Below are positions 30,440 to 41,791 of a DNA stretch of 64,000 bases, in pieces. Numbering within the stretch: position 1 is the stretch's first letter; every line of letters starts with the position of its first letter. A program made the translations under genes and the position numbers. The DNA comes from an uncultured Methanosarcinales archaeon. GTDB taxonomy: Archaea; Nanobdellota; Nanobdellia; Woesearchaeales; JACPBV01. Location of the stretch: contig CAZSRD010000001.1 of assembly GCA_964609455.1 (NCBI GenBank), positions 70,920-134,919 on the forward strand. The letters run 5' to 3'. Below the pieces are notes generated by a model. That model was not told where the DNA came from. It did no database searches and saw only the letters and a program-made list of their open reading frames with translations.

Positions 30440-31963
30440 ATGGAAAAGAAAAAAGCAATACTTGATGAAACTGAGATGGGGTTGGTTAGATGTATCCATG
30501 CAAATTATAAGTATGGCTCATTTGAAGCAGAGTCTTTGCAGCAGGTTACTCAGATGGAGATTAGCTCTTTGTTATACAGGCTTCAAAGCCTTGCAAGCAA
30601 GGGGCTTGTGAGCATTGATGTTTCCCAAAAACAAAAATTGGTTCTGGATGATGTTCTTGCTGAAAAATATGTTCCTGCTGAGCTTGTTGCCTTGGATTTT
30701 ATTTTACAATCTGAATCAAAAGCCATTCTTTTTTCTGAGCTTGAAGCAGCGCTTCCAAAAACAGAGGTGTACTATTCATTAACTTCGCTTGAAAAGCTTG
30801 GAATTGTAAATGTTGAAAGAGGAGATGGTTATGAGGTTGCTTCAGTTGATCCCGGCAAGAAGGATGCTACTGAACAAATGCTGGCAGAATATCTTGTATT
30901 GCTTGACAGCTTAACTGGCAAAAAACAGGCTGAGGTAACAGTTGATGATTCGAACAGGATATTGTGCGAGATATTAAAGAAGAGAAAAATTGGGAAGATT
31001 AAGCAATTTAATGCCAGAACAATTAAGTTAAATCCGGATTTTGAAAGTTACGAGCTAGAGCTAGAGAAAAAGCCAGTTGCAGACTTAACAGCAGAAATGC
31101 TAAAAGACGGCAGTTGGGAAACAACTCCATTAAAGGAATTTAACCTGGGGCTACACCCAGACAGGATTTATGGCGGAAGACTGGCGCCACTAAGGGAATT
31201 AAGCGAGTATGTCAGAAAGATATTCTTGAACATGGGTTATGAGGAGATGGAAGGGGCTTTTGTTGATTTGTCATTCTGGAATTTTGATGCATTATTTACC
31301 AGGCAAAATCATCCGGCAAGAAGGATACAGGATACATTTTATTTGGGAAATATCCAGGTTAAAGGAGAGCTTGACCAAGAATTAGTTAAAAGGGTAAGAG
31401 AAAGCCACGAATTTGCTTATGATGAACAATGGGATATAAACGAGGCCAGAAGACCTATACTCAGAACACATACCACTGATTTAACTGCTCATTACCTAAC
31501 AACAAGAAAAAAATTGCCCCTTAAATTATTTGCTATAGGCAGGGTTTTTAGAAATGAAACTACTGACAATATGCATCTGCCAGAATTTCATCAGATAGAA
31601 GGGGTAGTTGTTGATGAAAAACTTTCTTTGAGAAATTTGATAGGGACGCTATCTGAATTCTACAGCCATCTTGGCCTTAAGGATATAAAGCTTAAGCCGA
31701 CTTACAATCCTTATACAGAGCCTTCTATGGAAATATATGCGTATTTTGCGCCATTAGGGAAGTATTTAGAGATAGCTAATTCTGGCTTGTTTAGGCCTGA
31801 AATGATGTCTGCTTTGGGGCATGAAGGAAAATCTGCAATTGCCTGGGGTTTAGCATTGGAAAGATTAGCTGCCCTACTGTATGGCACTGGATCAATAAGG
31901 GAATTGTTAGGAAGTGATATGGAGCTGAAATATTCAAGAGAGAGGAAAAAATTATGGCTATAG
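30440..31963 (+). CDS. pheS: Phenylalanine--tRNA ligase alpha subunit, archaeal type
   Basis: Class II motifs HPARRIQDTFY and GLALERL near the C-terminus. The long N-terminal wHTH-like region is typical of archaeal PheS. 507 aa. Confidence 0.85.
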   Translation: MEKKKAILDETEMGLVRCIHANYKYGSFEAESLQQVTQMEISSLLYRLQSLASKGLVSIDVSQKQKLVLDDVLAEKYVPAELVALDFILQSESKAILFSELEAALPKTEVYYSLTSLEKLGIVNVERGDGYEVASVDPGKKDATEQMLAEYLVLLDSLTGKKQAEVTVDDSNRILCEILKKRKIGKIKQFNARTIKLNPDFESYELELEKKPVADLTAEMLKDGSWETTPLKEFNLGLHPDRIYGGRLAPLRELSEYVRKIFLNMGYEEMEGAFVDLSFWNFDALFTRQNHPARRIQDTFYLGNIQVKGELDQELVKRVRESHEFAYDEQWDINEARRPILRTHTTDLTAHYLTTRKKLPLKLFAIGRVFRNETTDNMHLPEFHQIEGVVVDEKLSLRNLIGTLSEFYSHLGLKDIKLKPTYNPYTEPSMEIYAYFAPLGKYLEIANSGLFRPEMMSALGHEGKSAIAWGLALERLAALLYGTGSIRELLGSDMELKYSRERKKLWL

Positions 31964-33639
31964 CAACTTTTTTGCTGAAAGATCTTGAAAAACTGGTTGG
32001 AAAGGAGTTAACACAGGAAGAATTAAACAGGATTGGATTTAGTTTAGGAACATCTCTTGAGGCATTCGATGGTGAAAATGCATCTATCGAGGTGACTCCT
32101 CAAAGGCCTGACTTGCTCAGTGTAGAAGGATATGCAAGACAATTAAGAGGGCACTTAGATATAGAAGTTGGGGCCCCATATTATGAATCATTGCCATCTG
32201 AGCATGTGATTAATGTAGAAGCTGAAATGCTAATGATAAGGCCGCATATCAGGGCAGCTGTAATCAGGGGCTTGTCAGTTGATGATTTCTTGATTAAATC
32301 AATGATTGGCCTTCAGGAAAAAATACATGAAACATTTGGCAATGACAGGGAAAAGGTGTCTATAGGGATATACAACAGCGACAAGGTTGAGTTTCCTTTG
32401 TTTTACAAAGCAGTAGAGCCAAGCTCAGTAAGATTTGAGCCTTTGGAGCTTGCACAAGAATTAGACCTTGAAGAGATACTAGCACTGCACCCATGCGGAG
32501 TAAAATATGGGCATCTTATAAGAGACTTTGAGAAATACCCTATATTTATGGATAATCAGGGAAGGGTTTTATCTTTCCCGCCGATAATAAACTCAAATTA
32601 CAGCGGCAAGGTTGTAGAAGGTGATTCAAACTTATTGGTTGAGGTCACTGGGCTACATGAAAAAAGTGTTGAGGATGCATTGTGCATAATTGCTACAGCA
32701 TTAATAGACAGGGGAGGAAAATGTTACACTGTAAATTCAGTTTACCCAGGATCGCAAAGAAAATCAGTATCACTAGCAAATAAACCAGCTACTGTCTCTG
32801 CAGATTATATTAATGAAATGGCAGGCGTATCTATGCCTGCTGAAGAGATAATAGCCCATTTAATGCGTATGAGATTTGGAGCCAAGCAAAGAAATGGGCT
32901 AATCCATGTTGATGTTCCATGTTATAGGGTGGATATACTGCCTCAGAAAGATAAGGCGATACAACCTGACCTTGCAGAGGATGTATGCATTAGCTATGGG
33001 TATGAAAATCTTAAGCCGCAGCTTGAGAAAGGATACCAGCTTGGAAAAGAGACACTGCATGCAAGAAAAACAAGGCACTTTGGAGAATTATGCGTTTCTT
33101 TAGGCTATACTGAGGTCATGACTTCTGTAATTACAAACAGGCAAAGGCAATTTGATAATATGGGAAAAGATGATGACCCAACATTACCGATAGTACAACA
33201 ACCAAAAACTAAGTCAGTTAATATGATAAGAACAGATATACTTCCTGAATTGTTATATTTGTTGTCTAGAAATAAGTCAGAAAGCCTGCCTATAAAGGTG
33301 TATGAGATTGATGATGTAATCCAAAAGGATGATTCACCAACAGGGTTTTCAAACAATATGAGATTATGCTTAGCAGTAATGTCAAATAATGAATCATTCA
33401 ATATGGCTTATGGGGCTTTAGATGAGGTAATGGCAAGGTCTGGAATTGACTACGGCCTAAGGGAGTTTTCTGCGCCATATTTAATAAAAGGCAGAAGCGC
33501 TGAGGTTATAGTTGGCGGAAAAACAATAGGAATAATGGGGCAGATTCATCCTAGAGTTCTTTTAAAATTCGGGTTAGAAGCGCCAGTCTCAGCAATAGAA
33601 ATCAGCTTAGATTATGTCCTTGGCGGGATTAAACAATAA
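31954..33639 (+). CDS. pheT: Phenylalanine--tRNA ligase beta subunit, archaeal type
   Basis: B3/B4 and B5 domain pattern. 561 aa. Overlaps pheS by 10 nt. Confidence 0.8.
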   Translation: MAIATFLLKDLEKLVGKELTQEELNRIGFSLGTSLEAFDGENASIEVTPQRPDLLSVEGYARQLRGHLDIEVGAPYYESLPSEHVINVEAEMLMIRPHIRAAVIRGLSVDDFLIKSMIGLQEKIHETFGNDREKVSIGIYNSDKVEFPLFYKAVEPSSVRFEPLELAQELDLEEILALHPCGVKYGHLIRDFEKYPIFMDNQGRVLSFPPIINSNYSGKVVEGDSNLLVEVTGLHEKSVEDALCIIATALIDRGGKCYTVNSVYPGSQRKSVSLANKPATVSADYINEMAGVSMPAEEIIAHLMRMRFGAKQRNGLIHVDVPCYRVDILPQKDKAIQPDLAEDVCISYGYENLKPQLEKGYQLGKETLHARKTRHFGELCVSLGYTEVMTSVITNRQRQFDNMGKDDDPTLPIVQQPKTKSVNMIRTDILPELLYLLSRNKSESLPIKVYEIDDVIQKDDSPTGFSNNMRLCLAVMSNNESFNMAYGALDEVMARSGIDYGLREFSAPYLIKGRSAEVIVGGKTIGIMGQIHPRVLLKFGLEAPVSAIEISLDYVLGGIKQ

Positions 33640-33644
33640 TTCTC

Positions 33645-34442
33645 ATGGATAAAAAAACTGGAAGCCTGATTGACAGCTTGTACAGATGTCTGCAAGAGAG
33701 GTTTGAAATAAGGCACGAATCTGAATCTTTTGAAGTAGAGGTGTTATTTGAAGGTACGGACCTTGAAAGCAAGGTATGCTCAAGAAAGATGCAAAAGAAA
33801 TTAAGGGAAGTTGAAGCTTTTTTAACACAATTAAAAAATAATAACATGTTTTCTGATTCTTATTGTTATGTGGATTGGTGCTCTGGAAAAGGGATATTGG
33901 GTGCAGCAATAGCTTATTTGCTGCACGCAAAGACCTATCTTGTAGATAAGGATGCAAAAAATTTAAATGGGTTTGGAGAAATCAAAGAGAGGCTTGTATT
34001 AGAAGGTATTATTAAGTATATTAACACGGATGTTATTGAGAATCCATCACTTGGCATTAGGGGCCCATTTGTATATGTTGGTTTGCATTGTTGCGGGAAT
34101 GCACCTGATTATATAATTAACTATAGTATAAATGAAGAAAAACCCGAAGGAATTTTTATAGTGCCTTGTTGTTATGGCAAGATTGATCAAAATGCTTTTC
34201 CGATGGATGGTTCTTTTGGGCTGAGGGCTATACCTTTAGTTAAGTTTAGGGAGATATGCAAAATAGCAGATTATTTTGGGAAAGATGAAGCTAAATTGGC
34301 TTATGCAAGAAAAGCAATGTATATCATTGATGCCCTGCGTGTAAGAGTTCTTGAAGAAAGGGGTTATTCTGTTAAAATTGCAGAGTTTTTGCCAAGGGGG
34401 GTAACTCCTAAGAACCATATGATTATTGGGCAAAAGATATAA
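33645..34442 (+). CDS. SAM-dependent methyltransferase, Methyltransf_32/METTL25-like
   Basis: VDWCSGKGILG (motif I-like) and GLHCCGNAPD (the LHACGDL-like signature). 265 aa. Immediately downstream of pheST. Confidence 0.5.
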   Translation: MDKKTGSLIDSLYRCLQERFEIRHESESFEVEVLFEGTDLESKVCSRKMQKKLREVEAFLTQLKNNNMFSDSYCYVDWCSGKGILGAAIAYLLHAKTYLVDKDAKNLNGFGEIKERLVLEGIIKYINTDVIENPSLGIRGPFVYVGLHCCGNAPDYIINYSINEEKPEGIFIVPCCYGKIDQNAFPMDGSFGLRAIPLVKFREICKIADYFGKDEAKLAYARKAMYIIDALRVRVLEERGYSVKIAEFLPRGVTPKNHMIIGQKI

Positions 34443-34470
34443 ATAATAGCTATTTCTCTTTATTTCTGGA

Positions 34471-35787
34471 GTGATTATCATGATATCAGTACTTTTAGTG
34501 GGGAATGGCGCTCGCGAGCATGCAATTGCAGAAGCTCTTGTCAGAAGCCCGCAGAAACCAAAGCTTTTTTCTTATATGAAATCTAATAATCCAGGTATTG
34601 CTAAATTATCTGAGCAGGTACAGATTGGCAAGTATAATGATCTAGATGAGATTGAGAATTTTGCTAAAAGCTCTAATGTAGAGTTTGCTGTCATTGGCCC
34701 TGAAGATCCATTAAGCAATGGAGTAGTTGATGCTTTGGAAGCTATAGGAATTCCTTGTGTAGGGCCTAAAAAGGAATTGGCTAGATTGGAAACATCAAAA
34801 TCATTTACAAGGTTACTTATGAAAAAATACAAGATTCCTGGAATGCCTAAGTTCAGGGTTTTTGAAAGTTTAGACGGAGTGATGGAGTTTATTGAAAAGT
34901 TAGATGGTGTTGTTGTAAAGCCAGATGGGTTAACCGGAGGAAAAGGTGTTAAGGTTCAAGGAGATCATTTTGAAACAAAGGATGAAGCTTATGCATATTG
35001 TGAAGATGTTTTGAAAAATCATAAAGCAGTTGTTGTTGAAGAGAAATTAGTTGGAGAAGAGTTCTCTTTGCAAAGCTTTACTGATGGAAAAAGCTTATTT
35101 GACTGCCCTCCTGTTCAGGACCATAAAAGGGCTTTTGTTGATGATAAAGGGCCTAATACTGGAGGAATGGGAAGCTATTCTACAGGCAAGTTATTGCCTT
35201 TTATGACTGAGCAAGATTTAAGGGAAGCACATGTAATTACTGACAAGATGAGAGAAGCTTTATTTAAAGAGTGCGGTGAGCTGTATAAAGGAGTCATGTA
35301 TGGCGGTTTTATATGCACAAAGAAAGGCGTTAAATTGATAGAGTATAATGCTCGATTAGGTGATCCTGAAGCAATGAATGTTTTGCCAATAATGAAAAAT
35401 GATTTTGTTGATGTTTGTAAAGCTATTATTGAAGGTACACTGCATAAGATAAGGCCTAATTTTTCTGAAAATGCAACTGTATGTAAATATGCTGTTCCTG
35501 AAGGCTATCCAACAAATCCTGTTGAAGGACAGAAGATATCTTTAGGTGAGGTGCCTGATAATGTAAAGGTATATTATGCTTCTGTCGACAGAAAAGATGG
35601 TGAGTTATACATGTCAAAATCAAGGGCAGTGGCTTTTGTTGGAATTGCTCCAACATTAGAACAAGCTCAGGTAATCGCAGAAGATGGTGTTTGTTCTGCA
35701 CAAGGACCAATATTCCATAGAGAAGATATTGGAACAAAAGAATTGATTGATAAAAGAATTGAACATATGGAAGAGTTGAGGGGTTAA
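34471..35787 (+). CDS. purD: Phosphoribosylamine--glycine ligase
   Basis: N-terminus VLLVGNGAREHAIAEAL, ATP-grasp core and C-terminal domain. The start is possibly at the third Met (34480). Confidence 0.9.
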   Translation: MIIMISVLLVGNGAREHAIAEALVRSPQKPKLFSYMKSNNPGIAKLSEQVQIGKYNDLDEIENFAKSSNVEFAVIGPEDPLSNGVVDALEAIGIPCVGPKKELARLETSKSFTRLLMKKYKIPGMPKFRVFESLDGVMEFIEKLDGVVVKPDGLTGGKGVKVQGDHFETKDEAYAYCEDVLKNHKAVVVEEKLVGEEFSLQSFTDGKSLFDCPPVQDHKRAFVDDKGPNTGGMGSYSTGKLLPFMTEQDLREAHVITDKMREALFKECGELYKGVMYGGFICTKKGVKLIEYNARLGDPEAMNVLPIMKNDFVDVCKAIIEGTLHKIRPNFSENATVCKYAVPEGYPTNPVEGQKISLGEVPDNVKVYYASVDRKDGELYMSKSRAVAFVGIAPTLEQAQVIAEDGVCSAQGPIFHREDIGTKELIDKRIEHMEELRG

Positions 35788-35819
35788 TACAAAAGATTTT
35801 TATATATCCTAATTAAAAA

Positions 35820-36824
35820 TTGGTTATGATATTAATTGTTTCACTATTGGTTATAATTATATTTTCTTATTTTATGGTTTTCTTAGCAAAGAGACTGAAG
35901 GTTCCAATGGTTGTTGCCTTGATACTAAGCGGCTTGATTCTTGGCCAACCCCTGATAAAGAGCGCAGTACTTGAACCCAATACCGGATTGATATCTAATA
36001 TCGGGAATATTGCACTGCTTTGCTTGATGTTCTTTGCTGGGTTAAAAAGCTCGTCAAAAGTTATATACAGTGAAGGAAAGGAAAGCTTTGTTATCACTAT
36101 ATTCGGCGCATTGACTTCTTTTTTACTAGGTTTTGTTGTATTCTTTTTAATAGGATATTCTATATTTGTTTCCTTGATAGTTGGTATCTGTATGAGCATA
36201 ACTGCGGAAGCAACCACGGCTTCCTTCTTGATTGAACTAAAAAAACTGAAAACAAGAGTAGCTTCAATTATCATTGATGCTGGCATTTTTGATGACATCC
36301 TGGGGTTTTCATTATTCATCATCATCACATACTTATTCAAGGAAGCTTACATAAAAGAAGATATACTTTTAGCGTTAATAATTGTAGCTTTCTTTGTTGG
36401 CATTGTTTCACAAAGGGTGATAGACAAAAGTAAAAATAGCACTAAAACTTTTGAGAAGATGGTATTCCTAATAATTGTGCCTTTTTTCTTCATATCCATG
36501 GGCCTTGATTTTAATCTTGATTCACTAAAAGTTAGCCCATTTTTGGTTATAGTAACAATAGTTGTCGCTATAATAGGAAAATTGTTTGGTACGCTGCTTA
36601 CAAAACCATTCACAAAACTAAGTTTCAAGAAACTTCATCTAATAGGCTGGGCAATGAACAGCAGAGGAGCTGTAGGGCTTGCTCTTGCGCTTATAGCATT
36701 CAAAACAGCGCTATTACCATTAGAAGTTTATTCAAATATTGTTGTCATGACATTGGTTACTACGCTAATATTTCCTTTTGTGATAACAAGTATGATAAAA
36801 AAGAATCCTAAGATAATGGATTGA
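35820..36824 (+). CDS. Polytopic membrane protein, cation:proton antiporter-like
   Basis: About 10 predicted hydrophobic helices across 334 aa. No soluble domain. Confidence 0.4.
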   Translation: MVMILIVSLLVIIIFSYFMVFLAKRLKVPMVVALILSGLILGQPLIKSAVLEPNTGLISNIGNIALLCLMFFAGLKSSSKVIYSEGKESFVITIFGALTSFLLGFVVFFLIGYSIFVSLIVGICMSITAEATTASFLIELKKLKTRVASIIIDAGIFDDILGFSLFIIITYLFKEAYIKEDILLALIIVAFFVGIVSQRVIDKSKNSTKTFEKMVFLIIVPFFFISMGLDFNLDSLKVSPFLVIVTIVVAIIGKLFGTLLTKPFTKLSFKKLHLIGWAMNSRGAVGLALALIAFKTALLPLEVYSNIVVMTLVTTLIFPFVITSMIKKNPKIMD

Positions 36825-36874
36825 TATATTTTATTATAAAAAGAATAGAACATATGAAAGAGTTAAGAGGATAG

Positions 36875-38809
36875 TTATTTAGCCATCTCTTTTATTTTCT
36901 TTAAAATATCTTTAGAGTCTAATCCTTGGTAAGGAATCTGCTCTTCCTGGCCGCCAATTCCTGGTTTTGTTGCTCCGATGTGAGCGTATTTGGTGCATAA
37001 GCCCCTTTCCAAGAGCCATGTTCCATACCTTATCCCTAATCCAGTGTTGTAATTTTGAGATTCTACTAATAATATAAATTTAGATTTTCCAATCTTTTTA
37101 AGCATAGCTTCATCAGGAATATTCAATGTTGGCTTGTTGATTAATCCAACATCTATGCCTTCTTTTCTTGCTTTTTCGACAGCATCTAAGGCTCTGTAGA
37201 GCATTTCTCCGTAACTTATTACATAACCATCCTTGCCTTCTCTTATTATTTCATTTTTATTTGGCTTGAATTGGTAATTTTCATAGAGCTTTTTTCCTTT
37301 CTCATCAAGTATATAAGGAACACCTGGTCTTGTAGAGAAAACAAACCTTATGCCTTCATCATTAAACACTTTCTTTACAATTGCATCCATCTGTAATGCG
37401 TCTGCTGGAAAGTACATTTTTGTTGTGTCTTCTGATGCAGGACCGTTGTTTAGGAAGAAGATATTCCAACCGAAATGGCATGTATTGTCTGACATTCCGT
37501 CTTCGCCTGCATGTGAATAGTGAATAAGCATATTCCTTTTGCTTAGCCTTAACATTGTTAATTCACTAATTATCATCTCACTAAAAGCAGAGAATGTTGC
37601 ATAGATTCCTTGCTTGCCCCTCTCTGAGCCAAAACCACCAGCTGCCAATATTCCTGCTCTTTCCTGCGGCCCAATATTATGGTAAACGGATTTTGCTAAG
37701 TTTTTATCTTTCTTTTCCAAAGCTTCCCTGATTGATTGTAGCCCAGTTGAACCTTCTAAGTCAGGGTCAAAGATACGGACTGAATTCAGGATTTGTTTGC
37801 CTGATAGTTTAGATAGAATAGATGCAACTGTCTTGCCGAATTGTGAACGACATTTACCTTCTTCAACAGAACTTCCAAGATGTTCCTCTTTGTAGGTTAT
37901 TGGTTTTGTGTTTTTCAAAAGCTCAACTGCATCTTTATAGCCCTTAGCTTTAAGATATTCAATTGCTACATCAACACCTATTGCATCATGAGCTTTTGGT
38001 GAGCCTTCAATGCCCTTTATACCAACAGCCATTTTTCTTTTTGTAACGACAGCTGATGGTCCATCCTCAGAAAGTACTTGCCTTATTTGCTTGTAAAGCA
38101 GATCAATATCCTCTTTATCATTATAATTGCCAACTAATGCTTTTATTCCATGGCCTCCAAGTGTCTGCTCGATATTGAATCCTTTCATATATTCAGTAGG
38201 ATGGCCTGCGATTGTTACGTCGTTCATATCGAATAGAACTTTAACATTAAGGTTTCTGGAAACAGCTATTCTGGCAGCTTCTGCATCATTCCCCTCTAAG
38301 AAAGAGCCATCACTTCCAAGCATGACTATCTTTTTATCTGGATTTGCCATTGCTATTCCATTTACTTCTCCCCACATATGGCCTAATCTGCCTGAGTTAA
38401 ACTTTGCTGTTTTTAGCTCTGTTTCTGGGTGGCCTGGCAAGCCGCTTTTAAATTCTCTGTAATGCATTAATTTTTGCAATCCATCTTTGCCCCATTCTTT
38501 GTTTATAGCAGACATTGCATATTGTATTGCAACTCTATGGCCTGCTTCATCAAATATAACGGGATAAATTGTTTTATCTCCTCTGGCGAATGCTTCTGTT
38601 ATGAGGTATTCTGGAACAACATCATATGCTCCTCCTGTATGGCCACCAATGTCTTTTGCTTTTGCATAGGCTGTGAAGAAAACAACTGTGTCCCTTACTA
38701 ATTGGATGTTCTTTATTAATTGCTTTTTTTGCTCTGAACTTAATGTAGGTTTAGAAATATCAAAAGTCAAAGGTTTGTAATCTTTTAAGTCTATTGGAAA
38801 CTTTGGCAT
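36875..38809 (-). CDS. tkt: Transketolase-family TPP-dependent enzyme (fused N- and C-terminal halves)
   Basis: TPP-binding GDG...N motif (LGSDGSFLEGNDAEAARIA...DMND), then pyrimidine-binding and C-terminal domains. 644 aa. Confidence 0.6.
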   Translation of the reverse strand: MPKFPIDLKDYKPLTFDISKPTLSSEQKKQLIKNIQLVRDTVVFFTAYAKAKDIGGHTGGAYDVVPEYLITEAFARGDKTIYPVIFDEAGHRVAIQYAMSAINKEWGKDGLQKLMHYREFKSGLPGHPETELKTAKFNSGRLGHMWGEVNGIAMANPDKKIVMLGSDGSFLEGNDAEAARIAVSRNLNVKVLFDMNDVTIAGHPTEYMKGFNIEQTLGGHGIKALVGNYNDKEDIDLLYKQIRQVLSEDGPSAVVTKRKMAVGIKGIEGSPKAHDAIGVDVAIEYLKAKGYKDAVELLKNTKPITYKEEHLGSSVEEGKCRSQFGKTVASILSKLSGKQILNSVRIFDPDLEGSTGLQSIREALEKKDKNLAKSVYHNIGPQERAGILAAGGFGSERGKQGIYATFSAFSEMIISELTMLRLSKRNMLIHYSHAGEDGMSDNTCHFGWNIFFLNNGPASEDTTKMYFPADALQMDAIVKKVFNDEGIRFVFSTRPGVPYILDEKGKKLYENYQFKPNKNEIIREGKDGYVISYGEMLYRALDAVEKARKEGIDVGLINKPTLNIPDEAMLKKIGKSKFILLVESQNYNTGLGIRYGTWLLERGLCTKYAHIGATKPGIGGQEEQIPYQGLDSKDILKKIKEMAK

Positions 38810-38936
38810 TTACCATCCCTTTTTTACTTATAATATTAAAAGGTGGGATTTGGTTTAAATAGTTTTCTATTTGGTTTTAGCCCGAAGTTTCCTGTAATGA
38901 CAAATTTTATTAACCAGCTCTTCCTTTATACTGTTA

Positions 38937-39467
38937 ATGAAACAAACAAGCAGGAGGGTTATATTGAGAAAAAGGAATCGGTTAAGCAAGGAAGAGATTA
39001 TTTCTAAATCTTCTGTTATTAAAGAAAAATTGTTTAACTCTGAAGATTACAAAAATGCTAAGGTTGTAATGTTTTATGTTTCTTTTGGCTCTGAGGTTGA
39101 TACTTTTGACATGATGAAGAAAGCTTTGAAAGATAAGAAAGTTTGTGTGCCTGCTGTTAAAGGAGATAAGATTGTTGCTTCTTTGATTAAAGATTTTAAA
39201 GAGCTAGATAAAAAAGGAAAATATGGTATATTAGAACCATCAAAGATAAAAGAGATTGATAAAAAAGACATAGACTTAGTTATTGTCCCCGGGGTTGTTT
39301 TTGACAAAAGAAACCATAGGATAGGGTATGGCAAAGGTTATTATGATAAATTCTTAAAGGATTTTAAAGGAAAGAAAGTTGGTTTAGCATTTAAGATGCA
39401 GATTTTAGAGTTTATACCTAATCATGATTGGGATGTTAGGCTGGATAAGGTTATAAGTGAAATATAG
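38937..39467 (+). CDS. 5-formyltetrahydrofolate cyclo-ligase
   Basis: The VMFYVSFGSEVDT ... LVIVPGVVFDKRNHRIGYGKGYYDKFL pattern is typical of MTHFS. 176 aa. Confidence 0.8.
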   Translation: MKQTSRRVILRKRNRLSKEEIISKSSVIKEKLFNSEDYKNAKVVMFYVSFGSEVDTFDMMKKALKDKKVCVPAVKGDKIVASLIKDFKELDKKGKYGILEPSKIKEIDKKDIDLVIVPGVVFDKRNHRIGYGKGYYDKFLKDFKGKKVGLAFKMQILEFIPNHDWDVRLDKVISEI

Positions 39468-39565
39468 AAATATAAAAAAAGCTTTACCTTTTTTTAGCTT
39501 CTAAAATGCTAAGCATTTTAGAAACATATTTAAACAACTTCTTTTTAATCCTTATCGGGTGATTA

Positions 39566-40912
39566 TTGATGGACAGAATGCAAGACCTTGAGAAGTTTGA
39601 TCCTGATGTTTCTAAAGCTATAAAGAATGAGATAAAGAGGCAGGAAGAAGGGGCTGAGATGATCGCTTCTGAGAACTTTGTGAGCAAAGCTGTCTTGCAG
39701 GCAATGGGGAGTGTGCTTACAAACAAATATTCTGAAGGTTATCCTGACCATAGATATTATGGCGGCAATGAATTTATTGATGTTTGTGAAAAGCTGGCTA
39801 TCGAGAGGGCGAAGAAACTTTTTGATGCGCCGCATGCAAATGTCCAGCCTAATGCAGGCTCACCAGCAAACATGCAGGCTTATTTCACAATATTAAAACC
39901 AGGAGATACTATATTAGGATTGAACTTAGCTCATGGGGGGCATTTGACGCATGGAAGCCCTGTTAATTTTTCTGGAAAGATGTATAATATTGTGCCTTAT
40001 GGGGTTAATTCTGATACAGAAAGGATAGAGATGGACGAGGTAAGAGAATTAGCATTGAAACACAATCCTAAATTAATTTTATCTGGTTTTTCTGCTTATC
40101 CCAGGGATTTGGATTTTAAGAAATTCAGAGAAATCGCAGAAGAAGTTGAAGCTTATCATATGGCAGACATTGCCCATATTGCAGGCCTGTGTGCAGCTGG
40201 TGTTCATCAAAACCCAATGCCTTATTGCGATATCGTAACTACGACAACGCATAAGACTTTAAGGGGGCCAAGGGGCGCCATGATACTCTGCCAAATAGAA
40301 GATAGATTGAAAGAGAAGTACTGCCCTGATGAAAAGAAGAATTTAGCTCAGAGGATTGACTTTTCTGTCTTCCCCGGAACGCAAGGCGGTCCATTGGACC
40401 ATATCATAGCTGCAAAAGCTGTTGCATTTAAGGAAGATCTGCAGCCTGACTTTAAAGTATATTGCAAGCAGATTGTGAAGAATGCAAAGGTGCTGTCAGA
40501 GACCCTTATGGGTTTAGGTATAAAACTGGTGTCAGATGGAACTGACAATCATTTGATGCTGCTTGATGTTTGGGGAAGCAAGAAGATATCTGGGAAACAA
40601 GCTGAAACAGCTCTTGATAAAGCACATATTTATACCAATAAGAACATGATTCCAAATCCTTCTGGCGAGTTGCCAATTGATTCTTTGGGCAAAAAGGTTG
40701 GAACTCCATTTAACCCAAGAGGGATTAGGATAGGGACACCTGCTTTGACTACTCGTGGATTTAAAGAAGGTGAGATGGAGATAATTGGAAAATTGATTGT
40801 CAAGGTTCTTGATAATTGGGGCAATGAAGCTGCGCTTAATGATGTAAAAAAAGATGTTATGGGGCTTGTTAAGAAGTTTCCACTGTATCCTAATTTAGGG
40901 ATATTAAAATAA
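39566..40912 (+). CDS. glyA: Serine hydroxymethyltransferase
   Basis: [29 protein letters not shown] and the PLP-lysine region [13 protein letters not shown]. 448 aa. Confidence 0.9.
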   Translation: MMDRMQDLEKFDPDVSKAIKNEIKRQEEGAEMIASENFVSKAVLQAMGSVLTNKYSEGYPDHRYYGGNEFIDVCEKLAIERAKKLFDAPHANVQPNAGSPANMQAYFTILKPGDTILGLNLAHGGHLTHGSPVNFSGKMYNIVPYGVNSDTERIEMDEVRELALKHNPKLILSGFSAYPRDLDFKKFREIAEEVEAYHMADIAHIAGLCAAGVHQNPMPYCDIVTTTTHKTLRGPRGAMILCQIEDRLKEKYCPDEKKNLAQRIDFSVFPGTQGGPLDHIIAAKAVAFKEDLQPDFKVYCKQIVKNAKVLSETLMGLGIKLVSDGTDNHLMLLDVWGSKKISGKQAETALDKAHIYTNKNMIPNPSGELPIDSLGKKVGTPFNPRGIRIGTPALTTRGFKEGEMEIIGKLIVKVLDNWGNEAALNDVKKDVMGLVKKFPLYPNLGILK

Positions 40913-40947
40913 TAAGATTTATATAAGTTAAACACAAGGTTATTTAT

Positions 40948-41790
40948 ATGACAGCAAAAATAATAGATGGCAAAAAGGTAGCTGCTGAGATAAGAGCTGA
41001 GCTTAAGAAAAAGGTTTCTAAGCTAAAGGAAAAGCCAGGCTTAGCTGTTGTTTTAGTTGGTGATGATCCTGCTTCTCAGGTATATGTAAGGGGAAAAGAT
41101 AAAGCATGCCAGGAAGCTGGTTTTTATTCTAGAATGATAAAGCTTGGTAAGGATACAAGCGAGGAAAAACTCTTAGATGAAGTTAATAAGCTTAATCAAG
41201 ACAGCAAGATACATGGATTTATTGTTCAGTTGCCTTTGCCAAAACATATCAATGAGCAGTTTATTATTGATGCTATTTTACCATATAAAGATGCAGATGG
41301 TTTTAGCCCTGTAAATATTGGTAATTTGATGATGGGCAAAAATACAATTTTGCCTGCTACTCCTAAAGGGATTATGAAGTTGATTGAAAGCACTGGTATT
41401 AATTTAGAAGGGAAGCATGCTGTTGTTGTTGGAAGAAGCAATATTGTCGGTAAGCCTGTTTCTTTATTATTACAACAAAAGAATTGTACTGTAACAATGT
41501 GCCATTCCAGAAGCAAGCCATTAGAGAAGTATACGAAGGATGCTGATATTTTGGTAGTGGCTATTGGAAAACCTCGTTTGATTAAGAGAGATATGGTCAA
41601 GAAAGGGGCTGTTGTCATTGATGTTGGCACTAACAAAGTATATGATAAATTAGTCGGAGATGTTGATTTTGATTCTGTAAAAGATGTTGCCGGATATATT
41701 ACGCCTGTTCCAGGCGGAGTGGGGCCAATGACAATCACTATGTTATTAGAGAATACTTTAGAGTGTATGGAACTGCAGAAAAGATTGTGA
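40948..41790 (+). CDS. folD: Bifunctional methylene-THF dehydrogenase / methenyl-THF cyclohydrolase
   Basis: The pattern [18 protein letters not shown] ... [17 protein letters not shown] ... [12 protein letters not shown]. 280 aa. Confidence 0.9.
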   Translation: MTAKIIDGKKVAAEIRAELKKKVSKLKEKPGLAVVLVGDDPASQVYVRGKDKACQEAGFYSRMIKLGKDTSEEKLLDEVNKLNQDSKIHGFIVQLPLPKHINEQFIIDAILPYKDADGFSPVNIGNLMMGKNTILPATPKGIMKLIESTGINLEGKHAVVVGRSNIVGKPVSLLLQQKNCTVTMCHSRSKPLEKYTKDADILVVAIGKPRLIKRDMVKKGAVVIDVGTNKVYDKLVGDVDFDSVKDVAGYITPVPGGVGPMTITMLLENTLECMELQKRL

Positions 41791-41791
41791 T